Positions 9,320 through 17,493 of a stretch of 64,000 nucleotides of DNA are shown here, one piece after another; within the stretch, counting starts at the first letter, position 1; every line of letters starts with the position of its first letter. The stretch lies in contig JAWXTX010000001.1 in NCBI GenBank assembly GCA_044433165.1, forward strand, positions 8,685-72,684. Reading direction: 5' to 3'. The notes beneath the pieces are model-generated. The model ran no database searches. It had not been told where the DNA came from and saw only the letters and a program-made list of their open reading frames with translations. Made by a program: the position numbers and the translations under genes. The DNA comes from Ferrimonas sp. (GTDB lineage Bacteria; Pseudomonadota; Gammaproteobacteria; Enterobacterales; Shewanellaceae).

Positions 9320-10210
9320 TCAGCCGCGCGTCATTAATGGGTAAGGGCGTGGGTGTAAGTGGGCAGGGCGGTCACCTAGCTTAAATTCCGGTTGTTCTGG
9401 TAGCTCTTTGGGTAATACGGCAGTAAACCACTGCTGTTGGTCAACCACGGCTCGACTGACAATGGTACCAGCTCGGCGCCAGTTGTCGCCCACGGCCATG
9501 GTGAGTTCGCCGCTGGCTTCGGCATCGGTTTCAAATAAATACAGGGCGCGTTTGTTGCCACCACGAAAATACATACGCGCGACGGTTTCTTGGCCGATGT
9601 AGCAGCCTTTGTCATACGTTACACCCCCAACTGCGTCGAGATTAAGCATTTGTGGCACAAACTCACCGCTGTGTTCGGCTTCAAACCAAGGCCTTACGGC
9701 TTGCAGCTCGGCGGCTACAAAGTGGTTTTCCGTGGCGACTGGTAACGCGGCCAATTCCGCAGGCAATGGCTGATTATGCGGTATTAGTACAATGGCATGT
9801 TGTTCTTCTAGCCAAGCTTGCGCCTGTTCATGAAAGCGAAGATTGCCTTCGCCTTGCCAGCTGGCAAATAACGTGGATGTCTCTGCCCCGACTACCGCAA
9901 AGCATTGCCATTGGGCGCTGATATCGGTTAACTCAATTTGGTTAAAGACGGCGTACTTTTGCAGTTGCGGCAGATCCACCTGTAACAAGGATTGGGGCAT
10001 GAGCATTAAGATCTGCTCTGGCAGCTGTGCTAACCGAAATGCCGCAATTAACTTCCCCTTGGGATCGCAATGGCCAGCAAAACTCCATTGATTTTGCGGT
10101 TGCTTGGTAAGATCTGCCGTGAGCTGGCCTTGCAAATAGGTGCGTCGATCGGCGCCAGTGGCTTGCAGTACACCTAAGTTAGGCAGGCGGATCAGTTGAG
10201 CTGGGATCAT
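9320..10210 (-). CDS. ygfZ: Folate-binding tRNA-modifying / Fe-S cluster repair protein YgfZ
   Basis: 296 aa with the signature KGCYIGQETVARMYFRGGNKRALY near the C-terminal third. Confidence 0.9.
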   Translation of the reverse strand: MIPAQLIRLPNLGVLQATGADRRTYLQGQLTADLTKQPQNQWSFAGHCDPKGKLIAAFRLAQLPEQILMLMPQSLLQVDLPQLQKYAVFNQIELTDISAQWQCFAVVGAETSTLFASWQGEGNLRFHEQAQAWLEEQHAIVLIPHNQPLPAELAALPVATENHFVAAELQAVRPWFEAEHSGEFVPQMLNLDAVGGVTYDKGCYIGQETVARMYFRGGNKRALYLFETDAEASGELTMAVGDNWRRAGTIVSRAVVDQQQWFTAVLPKELPEQPEFKLGDRPAHLHPRPYPLMTRG

Positions 10211-10326
10211 GATGAGTCCGTGATTGAGAAGTTATCGGTTAATTTTACTGGCTTTCTGGTAGTGGTGAAACCAGTGCAGTCGATCTTTACTGACCCGTTT
10301 TTCACGCTCCAAATGGAGAACCGAAT

Positions 10327-10494
10327 TTAGCTGCAGCCAGACTTTAGGCTTGGCTCAATGGGGATGTCTGTCGCAAATTGTTGGCGCAAGCGGGTCAGTA
10401 TGTCGTGACGTAAATAGTTATGCGCACTGCGGATCCATATTTGGCCAAAATTGGCTTGGTAACGACAAGGCAGCTCCGCTAATTGGGCATTCAT
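10327..10494 (-). CDS. Small hypothetical ORF B (55 aa), start overlaps stop of ORF A (ATGA)
   Basis: Manual translation gives MNAQLAELPCRYQANFGQIWIRSAHNYLRHDILTRLRQQFATDIPIEPSLKSGCS. This frame is also open and protein-like upstream (..VTALIACSFGFERLADGHIRAGA), so it may be the C-terminal part of a frameshifted gene. Confidence 0.3.
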   Translation of the reverse strand: MNAQLAELPCRYQANFGQIWIRSAHNYLRHDILTRLRQQFATDIPIEPSLKSGCS

Positions 10495-10715
10495 GGCGCC
10501 AGCACGAATGTGGCCATCAGCGAGCCGTTCAAAGCCAAAGGAGCAAGCGATAAGGGCGGTAACATTTTGGCTACCGGCAACTCTGGGGCTTGCCAGCCCA
10601 GCATGGTGGCATAGAGTTCTTGTGCCAGTTGGTGCGTAAGCGCTGCCGGCGTTTGGTGGCCAAGTTGTTGCTGTAGGTGTTGGTCTAAACAGGCGATCAA
10701 CTCGGCAGGGGACAT
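10491..10715 (-). CDS. Small hypothetical ORF A (74 aa) immediately downstream of the SDR gene
   Basis: The tracked ORF reads MSPAELIACLDQHLQQQLGHQ...WQAPELPVAKML. The last ~20 residues (PPLSLAPLALNGSLMATFVLAP) look like out-of-frame translation. Confidence 0.4.
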   Translation of the reverse strand: MSPAELIACLDQHLQQQLGHQTPAALTHQLAQELYATMLGWQAPELPVAKMLPPLSLAPLALNGSLMATFVLAP

Positions 10716-10725
10716 AAGCGACTCT

Positions 10726-11445
10726 CTAACGGTAACGACGACGATTATAGATGTATTCTGGCAAACAGCGGATCACCCATGCGGCGAAACGCCAGCGGCG
10801 GGTAACGTAGATGGTGCTGCGCCCTTTTTGTAAGCCGTTGAGGATCTGGCGTGCGATTTTAGTGACCGGTGCTGCCCAAAAGCGGCTGCCTTGGCCTTGC
10901 ATCTTATCGAGATAGCCTAAACGTAAATCACTAATAATAATGGGCAACTTTAAGCGCTGTGCGTGTAGGCGCAGCCCTTGCAAGTAGTTTTGCTGAAACG
11001 CTTTGCTGGCATGAAACGCTTGCTGTGGGCCGCCACGATCGGCGGCAATGGAGGTTAATGCCGCCAGCTGCCCATATTTTTGATTAACCATTTTTTTAAA
11101 AGCAATGTTGGCAATTGCGGCAAAGCCTTGTACGTTCACGTTGATAACGCTTTTATCCAGCGCCCAGTCTAGCTCTAAATCCAAGCCATTGGCTGCGGTA
11201 TTGATGATCACCAAATCAGCGCCATTTAATTGCTGCCACAACTGTTCAAAAGCGGTTTGCGCGGCTTGCGTATCATGGATGTCTAAGGCCATCAGCTGGC
11301 AATTTAGTTGTTGTTGCAATGGCGTCAGAGGGGCGATATCTGCCGCCATTAATCCGAGGGTCAAACCTTGTTGGTGTAATTGCAGAGCCAATTGCTGAGA
11401 GAGCGCAGAGTGGGCGCCGACAATGATTGCAGTAAGTTGAGACAT
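10726..11445 (-). CDS. Short-chain dehydrogenase/reductase (SDR)-fold protein with degenerate cofactor and catalytic motifs
   Basis: Start was trimmed to ATG 11445 (MSQLTAIIVGAHSALS...). It has the SDR layout (INTAANG, NVNVQG, LTSIAADRG, FHASKAF). However, the TGxxxGxG motif is VGAHSALS and the YxxxK Tyr is Phe. Confidence 0.8.
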   Translation of the reverse strand: MSQLTAIIVGAHSALSQQLALQLHQQGLTLGLMAADIAPLTPLQQQLNCQLMALDIHDTQAAQTAFEQLWQQLNGADLVIINTAANGLDLELDWALDKSVINVNVQGFAAIANIAFKKMVNQKYGQLAALTSIAADRGGPQQAFHASKAFQQNYLQGLRLHAQRLKLPIIISDLRLGYLDKMQGQGSRFWAAPVTKIARQILNGLQKGRSTIYVTRRWRFAAWVIRCLPEYIYNRRRYR

Positions 11446-11565
11446 AATAGTGAATCGCAATAATGAGTGGGGCGATAGTAGAAGTTCAGCCCAGTGCTGA
11501 CAACGATTTTACTGCACCGGTGACTCAGTATGGTTGAATGTGGCAAAATTTGAACAGAGTGTTGC

Positions 11566-11581
11566 GGACGTCTAGATGGCT
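11566..11581 (+). promoter_or_regulatory. Two tandem MetJ-box-like octamers upstream of metA
   Basis: GGACGTCT AGATGGCT compared with the met-box consensus AGACGTCT gives 7/8 and 6/8 matches. They lie about 45 nt upstream of the metA ATG. Confidence 0.45.
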
Positions 11582-11622
11582 TGATATAACGGGCGCTTGG
11601 CCCCGTTACTAAGGACAGTCTC

Positions 11623-12564
11623 ATGCCCGTTCGTGTTCCTAGCTTATTACCTGCCTCACAAATCTTGCGCAGTGAAAATATCTTCGTGATGTCTAATGAA
11701 CGTGCAGAATTGCAAAACATTCGGCCAATGAAGGTGCTAATTCTTAATTTAATGCCCAATAAAATTGAAACCGAAACGCAATTGCTGCGTCTGCTTGGGA
11801 ATACGCCATTACAAGTGGATGTGGAGTTATTACGGGTCCATAAACGCTCATCTAAACACACGAACAGCGACCATATGGATGCTTTTTATCGAGATTTTTC
11901 AGATATTCAGCACAATAATTACGATGGTTTGATTGTGACGGGAGCCCCCTTAGGCGAGCTGGAATTTGAGCAAGTAACTTATTGGCAAGAGATCAAAGCC
12001 ATCATTGATTGGTCCCAGCAGCACGCGACCTCGGTGCTCTTCCTCTGTTGGGCTGCGCATGCCGCGCTATACCATCTTTATGGGTTAAAGCGGCAGTTAC
12101 GGCAAGAGAAGATCTCAGGGGTTTATTTGCATCATCGGGTCGAGCGGCATGTGCCTTTGTTGCGAGGATTTGATGATCGCTTCTGGGTGCCGCATTCGCG
12201 CTATGCACAAGTGCCATTGGAATGGTTAGTGGCACACCCAGAGCTTAATGTTCTCGCGCATTCTGAAGAGGCGGGGGCCTATTTGGCGGTTTCCAATAAC
12301 AATCGCAATTTATTTGTTACTGGCCACCCCGAGTACACCCGTACCACCTTGCAAGCTGAATATCAGCGCGATCTGGCTGCGGGTTTGGCGCCTCAGCTTC
12401 CGGCGAACTACTTCCCTAATAATGATCCTAACGCTGAGCCCCAAGGCACTTGGCATGCGCATGGGGCCTTGCTGTTATCCAATTGGCTTAATTACTACGT
12501 CTATCAAGCCACGCCTTATGATCTTACCACTTTAAATGCCAACACCTTGTGGGACATTGAGTAA
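11623..12564 (+). CDS. metA: Homoserine O-succinyltransferase (MetA/MetAS)
   Basis: 313 aa beginning [23 protein letters not shown]...[32 protein letters not shown]. It has a strong full-length resemblance to MetA. Confidence 0.95.
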   Translation: MPVRVPSLLPASQILRSENIFVMSNERAELQNIRPMKVLILNLMPNKIETETQLLRLLGNTPLQVDVELLRVHKRSSKHTNSDHMDAFYRDFSDIQHNNYDGLIVTGAPLGELEFEQVTYWQEIKAIIDWSQQHATSVLFLCWAAHAALYHLYGLKRQLRQEKISGVYLHHRVERHVPLLRGFDDRFWVPHSRYAQVPLEWLVAHPELNVLAHSEEAGAYLAVSNNNRNLFVTGHPEYTRTTLQAEYQRDLAAGLAPQLPANYFPNNDPNAEPQGTWHAHGALLLSNWLNYYVYQATPYDLTTLNANTLWDIE

Positions 12565-12579
12565 CGCAAGTTGGGTACG

Positions 12580-13800
12580 TTAAGCTGGTGCCACTAGTCT
12601 TGGTACTGGCTTGGCGTTAATTGGCAAATGCAATAACGCTGCGGTGATCGCAAGCACGACGGTACCCAGCCAAATTAAATCGTAATTGCCGTAATGATCA
12701 TAAAGCCGACCACCGACCCAAACGCCAATAAAGCTGCCAATTTGATGGGTGAAAAAAACCAACCCGTATAAAGTGGATAGGTATTGTGGGCCAAATATTT
12801 GGCGTACTAAGCCCGAAGTGAGCGGTACCGTACCCAGCCAACAAAAGCCAATAGCCGCACCAAATACAGCCGCAGTGATGTGGGTGATGGGTAACCATAA
12901 AAAGCCGCTGATCACCAAAGCGCGCACCAAATAAAGCACGCTCATCACATAGCGCTTATCAAAGCGGTCGCCCATTACGCCCCAAAAATAGCTGCCAAAA
13001 ATATTAAAGATCCCAACATAAGCTAGCGCTAAAGCCGCGCTCTGGCTGTCGAGGTAATTGTCCGCCAAATAACTGGGCAGGTGGGTGGCAATGAACATGA
13101 CGTGAAAACCACAAACAAAAAAGCCCGCATGGATTAACCAATAACCTTTGTGTTGGCACGCCTCACGCAATGCTTGTTTTAAGGTTTGTGGGGCTGCCGT
13201 GGCAGTTGGCACTAGCGTGTGAGCCTGACGCTGGGTTTGCATAAAGGCCGCAAAAGCCACCATGGCACAGCACCCGAGAGCAAACAGTTGCAAGGCGGTT
13301 TGCCAATCGTAATTGACTAACAGAGATTGCGCTCCGGGGATCACCGCAAACATACCAAAGGAGCCAGCGGCGGTCGTTAGGCCAAAGGCTTTAGCGGTAT
13401 GCTCCGCCGGCACCACACGCGCAATAGCACCAAGCACAATCACATAACTGGTGCAGCTCAGGCCCAAGCCAACCAACACCCCCAAGCTAATAAACAGCAT
13501 ATTAGGCTCAGTGGTGAGAGAGGTGAGCAGCAAACCGGCCGCATACGCGATGGCACCAAGGGCAATCACACGTTTAGGGCCAAACCTATCTGCGGCCATA
13601 CCCACAAAAGGTTGGAAAGCACCAAACAGCAAATTTTGGATGGCAATCGCAAGGCTAAAAAACTCCCGTCCAGTGGCAAAGGTCTCACTAATGGGGGCCA
13701 TGAAGATCCCAAACGATTGGCGGATCCCCAAGCTGATAATTAAGGTGGCAATACCCAGCCACACCAAGGTGGGGAATCTAAAAATACTCATACTCATCAT
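12580..13800 (-). CDS. MFS transporter (oxalate/formate-antiporter-like subfamily by motif)
   Basis: Start was trimmed to ATG 13800 (MMSMSIFRF...), giving about 406 aa. It has 12 predicted hydrophobic segments and the GMAADRFGPKRV loop 2-3 motif. Confidence 0.85.
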   Translation of the reverse strand: MMSMSIFRFPTLVWLGIATLIISLGIRQSFGIFMAPISETFATGREFFSLAIAIQNLLFGAFQPFVGMAADRFGPKRVIALGAIAYAAGLLLTSLTTEPNMLFISLGVLVGLGLSCTSYVIVLGAIARVVPAEHTAKAFGLTTAAGSFGMFAVIPGAQSLLVNYDWQTALQLFALGCCAMVAFAAFMQTQRQAHTLVPTATAAPQTLKQALREACQHKGYWLIHAGFFVCGFHVMFIATHLPSYLADNYLDSQSAALALAYVGIFNIFGSYFWGVMGDRFDKRYVMSVLYLVRALVISGFLWLPITHITAAVFGAAIGFCWLGTVPLTSGLVRQIFGPQYLSTLYGLVFFTHQIGSFIGVWVGGRLYDHYGNYDLIWLGTVVLAITAALLHLPINAKPVPRLVAPA

Positions 13801-13838
13801 TGCTTTTATTAGGGTGAAAATCGATGGCCAATGCCTGC

Positions 13839-14117
13839 TTATTGTGGCGAAGCAGAATGGCAATGGGGTAGGGCGGCTTCCGATTCAATGTGCTTTAACG
13901 GCAGCGCAGGTGGCTGGATGGCTTCAACGGTTTGTGTTTGTTCCGGTACGGCTGGCGTGTGCGTCATCCCTAATGGCGCACGTTGATGGCAGCCGGCTTC
14001 CATTGCATGCTCGGCAAAGGCCGCTAACAGATTTGGGCTGTGATGCAAGCCCACAAGCGCAATGAACAACAACGCTGCCATACGCAATAGTTGGGCGCTA
14101 AGAGATTGACTGAACAT
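13839..14117 (-). CDS. Small hypothetical membrane-anchored His/Cys-containing protein (92 aa) upstream of the MFS gene
   Basis: An internal ATG at 14117 gives MFSQSLSAQLLRMAALLFIALVGLHHSPN...AMEAGCHQ...PHCHSASPQ, with one N-terminal hydrophobic helix. There is no clear SD, and the longer tracked ORF (to 14537) overlaps the divergent gene. Confidence 0.35.
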   Translation of the reverse strand: MFSQSLSAQLLRMAALLFIALVGLHHSPNLLAAFAEHAMEAGCHQRAPLGMTHTPAVPEQTQTVEAIQPPALPLKHIESEAALPHCHSASPQ

Positions 14118-14329
14118 GACGATCGTTCGAATAAAAGGCGCAGTGTACGGATAACCGCCGAATGAGACAATGGCTTTACCTTCGATGTTTGTTGAATGTT
14201 TTTTGTTCTTGTTCGCCGCATCGATCAGCGTTATCCGTTGCGCTTTTATCGAGGTAAGCGCAACGTTTTTACTGCTAAACAGAGCCTGATTTACGCTAAG
14301 ATCCAGCGCAATAGCATGGAATAACATTG

Positions 14330-15142
14330 ATGATGAGCAGAGAAAATGAGCGTTATCGCGCGCTGCGTGCAATCGCAGGGGCAGACTTTCATACGTGTTT
14401 TTATTGTGGCTGTTTAGCGACAGAATTTGATTATGCACCACCTCTTGAACATTGGCAGGCGTTTGCGCTGCGAGGTGCAAGTGCAGATAACTTGCAAGTC
14501 CCCTGTTGTAAAGAATGCCATGGGCTATTAAAACCATGTGCTATGGGGCTGATACAGCAACGACGAGAATGGGTACAGACCAAACTCGCGGCCAAATACG
14601 CTAAAGCCATTCGGGTTTATTTAAAGTGGACACCGGAAGAATTGGCCGAGTTGGACTACAACCTAGGCCACAGTATTGCTGCTGGGCTGGCATTAGGCGA
14701 AGAGGCATACCAGCGCAGCCAGTATGTGGGCTTTGCCTATGAAATCGATGGCGCCACCATGGATGAGAGTGTATTAAAAAGTGCACCAGTGGTGGTGTTT
14801 GAACAGCGTTTTTCCGATTTAAAAAGCGCTTTAATCGCCATGAGCCAGCAATACGGCGTAAAAACCGCTCAATTGGTGGATGCGCTAGCGCAGCACGATA
14901 ACAATTTAGAAGCGGTGATCCGAGCGCATCAGCGGGCACAGCATGACGCTCAAGAACGGCGGCGACTGCAACGTTTATGCCGTGCATTCGCGCAGCGCCA
15001 CCAGCAGTCTATCCGTTATGTAACCAATGAGATTGAGCGGCTATTGGATAAACATGAGCTGTTGTCGTTTGAAGAGGCCCTTGAGCGCCTTTATCAAGAA
15101 CGCATTTTACCGCGCCAGCAACGCCATAGGCAGGAGCCCTAA
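14330..15142 (+). CDS. Hypothetical protein with N-terminal HNH-like CxxC...CxxC zinc-finger module and helical C-terminal domain
   Basis: The N-terminus reads FHTCFYCGCLATEFDYAPP...ADNLQVPCCKECHGLL, following the HNH template C.YCG...DH..P...N....C..C[NH] but with DY instead of DH. The rest is predicted helical and Q/R/E-rich. Confidence 0.6.
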   Translation: MMSRENERYRALRAIAGADFHTCFYCGCLATEFDYAPPLEHWQAFALRGASADNLQVPCCKECHGLLKPCAMGLIQQRREWVQTKLAAKYAKAIRVYLKWTPEELAELDYNLGHSIAAGLALGEEAYQRSQYVGFAYEIDGATMDESVLKSAPVVVFEQRFSDLKSALIAMSQQYGVKTAQLVDALAQHDNNLEAVIRAHQRAQHDAQERRRLQRLCRAFAQRHQQSIRYVTNEIERLLDKHELLSFEEALERLYQERILPRQQRHRQEP

Positions 15143-15927
15143 AGGCTTGAGTTCTGCGCATCGTGTGCATTGGGGCGCACCGTGCGAGTGGTGCGCTTTC
15201 GTAATGCTCTGAGGCACGCTTTGGCCTCATCGCCGGCTAACGCTTGTTCGTATGCGCGCAGCTCGGCATTGATGATAGGCGTGAGATCCGGTGCCATTTG
15301 CTTGAGTAAGACTTTGGTGCTTCGCAAAGCCTGTGGCGGCTTTGCGGCGATGGCGGTTGCTTGTGCCATTGCATGGGCAGTGAGCTCAGGCGCTGGCACA
15401 ATGGCATTGATTAGCCCACATTGCTCTGCATGGCTGGCGGAAAAGGATTGGCCTAATAACAATAATTCCGCCGCTCGTACGGTGCCAATTCGAAGTGGCA
15501 GTAAGACACTGGAAGCGGCTTCTGGCACTAAACCCAGGTTAATAAATGGCAGAGCGAATTGCGCTTGCGGACTACAATAAACGAGATCGCAATGCAGCAG
15601 CAACGTTGTACCTATGCCAATAGCGGCACCAGAAACAGCGGCAATAAGTGGCTTATCCAATTGAATTAGCTGCTGTAAAAATTGATGGATTGGGGTATCA
15701 AATAAGGAGCCATTGGCCTGTAAAAAATCATCCAGATCATTACCTGCGCAAAAAGCACTACCATTAGATTGGATTAGAATAGCTTGAATTTCTGGTTGAT
15801 TATTAGCGTTGTTAAGGTGGGTCGCTAAGATAGCGTACATGCGGTGGGTTAAGGCATTGAGCTTGTCTGGGCGATTCAGGGTGAGTACCATGACACGCTG
15901 TTCGATTTGGCATTGAATCAAATCCAT
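15139..15927 (-). CDS. Enoyl-CoA hydratase/isomerase (crotonase) family protein
   Basis: 262 aa with VMVLTLNRPDKLNALT, GSAFCAGNDL and AAVSGAAIGIGTTLLLHCD motifs. Confidence 0.9.
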   Translation of the reverse strand: MDLIQCQIEQRVMVLTLNRPDKLNALTHRMYAILATHLNNANNQPEIQAILIQSNGSAFCAGNDLDDFLQANGSLFDTPIHQFLQQLIQLDKPLIAAVSGAAIGIGTTLLLHCDLVYCSPQAQFALPFINLGLVPEAASSVLLPLRIGTVRAAELLLLGQSFSASHAEQCGLINAIVPAPELTAHAMAQATAIAAKPPQALRSTKVLLKQMAPDLTPIINAELRAYEQALAGDEAKACLRALRKRTTRTVRPNAHDAQNSSL

Positions 15928-16000
15928 ATTTCACTCCATTGAAAAAGGGAATTGAGATAAGAGGGCGAGTTTTATGTCATATCAGTCTAAAGAGGAACCC

Positions 16001-16477
16001 ATGACGATGAAACGACTGTTTACTTTTGTATTGTTAAGCAGTGTGTGCATGGCTGTGCAAGCCGCACCAAAAAAGCAAGACAACAATAAGATTAATGTAA
16101 GTACGGCTGTCGTTCAGGCGTTACCAGCGGGCAGTAACACCACGGCTGCTTACGTTACGCTTACCTCACTAAAGCAGAACGATACATTGATCGGCGCCCA
16201 GTGTAATGGCGCTAAAAAAACCGAGCTGCATGCCACTGTGCATCAGGGCGGGGTGCTTAAAATGCGTCAAATTGATAAAATTGCCTTACCTAAGGGGCAA
16301 TCGGTAAAGCTGCAGCAAGGTGGCAACCACTTAATGTTAACTGGCCTATCTCGGTCACTTGAAGTGGGTAAAACACTGGATTGTACTTTGAAATTTGCCC
16401 ATGCGGGGGATCAAAAAGTGCGCTTTTCCATTCGCCGTGTCGGCACGAATACCAATCAAGGTAACCACAAGCACTAA
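16001..16477 (+). CDS. Periplasmic copper chaperone PCu(A)C (DUF461)
   Basis: Start is at ATG 16001 (RBS aaagaggaa) with signal peptide MTMKRLFTFVLLSSVCMAVQA. The ELH...LKMRQ...GGNHLML pattern matches the H(M)X10MX21HXM copper site family. Confidence 0.8.
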   Translation: MTMKRLFTFVLLSSVCMAVQAAPKKQDNNKINVSTAVVQALPAGSNTTAAYVTLTSLKQNDTLIGAQCNGAKKTELHATVHQGGVLKMRQIDKIALPKGQSVKLQQGGNHLMLTGLSRSLEVGKTLDCTLKFAHAGDQKVRFSIRRVGTNTNQGNHKH

Positions 16478-16534
16478 GGTGCGTGTCAGTTGCGTCCGAT
16501 TGGGCGCTGTTGAATGATATTGTAGGAAATTGAA

Positions 16535-17173
16535 ATGATTAAGACGTTTTCCTCTGCGATGCTATTAAGCTTAGCAGCCGCTGTACCTGCTCAGGCAGAC
16601 CTGTTCTCTGTAAAAGGCGGAATGGATTTATGGTATAGCGATGCCTCCGGCAAAGTTCGCACCACGTCTATTGCGACCGATAACGAAGTTAATGCCAGCG
16701 TTTTTATAGCGTTTGAGCATCCACTGCCATTGATCCCAAATGTACGAGCTCGTTTCAATGAAATGGAAACCGGCAATGTGGATCTGAGCAACATCGACTT
16801 AACCCTGTACTACCAACTGCTGGATAGCAACTTGATTGAGCTGGATTTTGGTCTGAACTATCGTGCCTACAGCGGCAGCTTTGGTACGACTGACCTAGAT
16901 CAAAGCGTATTACAGGCGTATGGCTACGGCAAAGTGAGCCTGCCAGGGACTGGGTTATTCGTATACGCTGATGTAGTTGGTTCGGATTATGACAGCAAAG
17001 CCACCAGTGATTATCAAGTGGGTTTAGGGTTCCGCTCACCGGTTCTGTATTTAGCCGATCTGTCTTTTAAAGTGGGCTACCGTGAGCATCACGTTGACGC
17101 TAAGCGCTTTGATGGTGTCGCTGTTGACGTAACTCAAAATGGCTGGTTCGCTGGGGTACAACTGGTGTTCTAA
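16535..17173 (+). CDS. Small outer-membrane beta-barrel protein (possibly TIGR04219-like)
   Basis: 212 aa with signal peptide ...AAVPAQA|DLF, alternating strands and C-terminal GWFAGVQLVF. The family assignment is from memory only. Confidence 0.7.
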   Translation: MIKTFSSAMLLSLAAAVPAQADLFSVKGGMDLWYSDASGKVRTTSIATDNEVNASVFIAFEHPLPLIPNVRARFNEMETGNVDLSNIDLTLYYQLLDSNLIELDFGLNYRAYSGSFGTTDLDQSVLQAYGYGKVSLPGTGLFVYADVVGSDYDSKATSDYQVGLGFRSPVLYLADLSFKVGYREHHVDAKRFDGVAVDVTQNGWFAGVQLVF

Positions 17174-17199
17174 TTGCTCGATAGCCGCGAGTAATAATG

Positions 17200-17230
17200 A
17201 AAAAGCAGCCGATATTAAGGCTGCTTTTTT
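17200..17230 (+). terminator. Rho-independent terminator after the beta-barrel gene
   Basis: aaaaagcagcc-gatattaa-ggctgc is followed by TTTTTT. Confidence 0.75.
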
Positions 17231-17493
17231 GTGTTGAACGCGTGCATTTTTTGCCTCATTGCGTTTTCTTGAGGTTGAGCTTATTCATCAATCTACGAAG
17301 AAGATAAGGCACGTTTATTCTAAAAATCGCTTTATTTTTCTGCAGCTTTTAAAGCCTGACCTACAATTATTTGTGGCTAGCTGAAATACCTTGGCATGCG
17401 GTTTGGCCAGCGTGTGTTTGCGCTGCTGCTCTTAAAGATGAGAAGCAGTAAATAAAGCATTTTTGGATAAGCAATTGTTTTGTAGGGACACAT

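Noticed and set aside
11361-11861. 166-aa minus-strand ORF spanning the SDR start, the metA promoter and the metA 5' end.
   Set aside because: It overlaps two well-supported genes and the met-box region. Its composition is not protein-like.
13451-14065. 204-aa plus-strand ORF antisense to the MFS transporter.
   Set aside because: It is an antisense shadow ORF of a membrane-protein gene. It is Lys/Pro/Arg-rich with no motif or RBS.
17392-17407. A sigma54-like element TGGCAT-N5-TTGGC upstream of the lipoprotein gene.
   Set aside because: The critical -12 GC dinucleotide is GG here. No enhancer-binding-protein gene or UAS is evident nearby, so the match is too weak to call.
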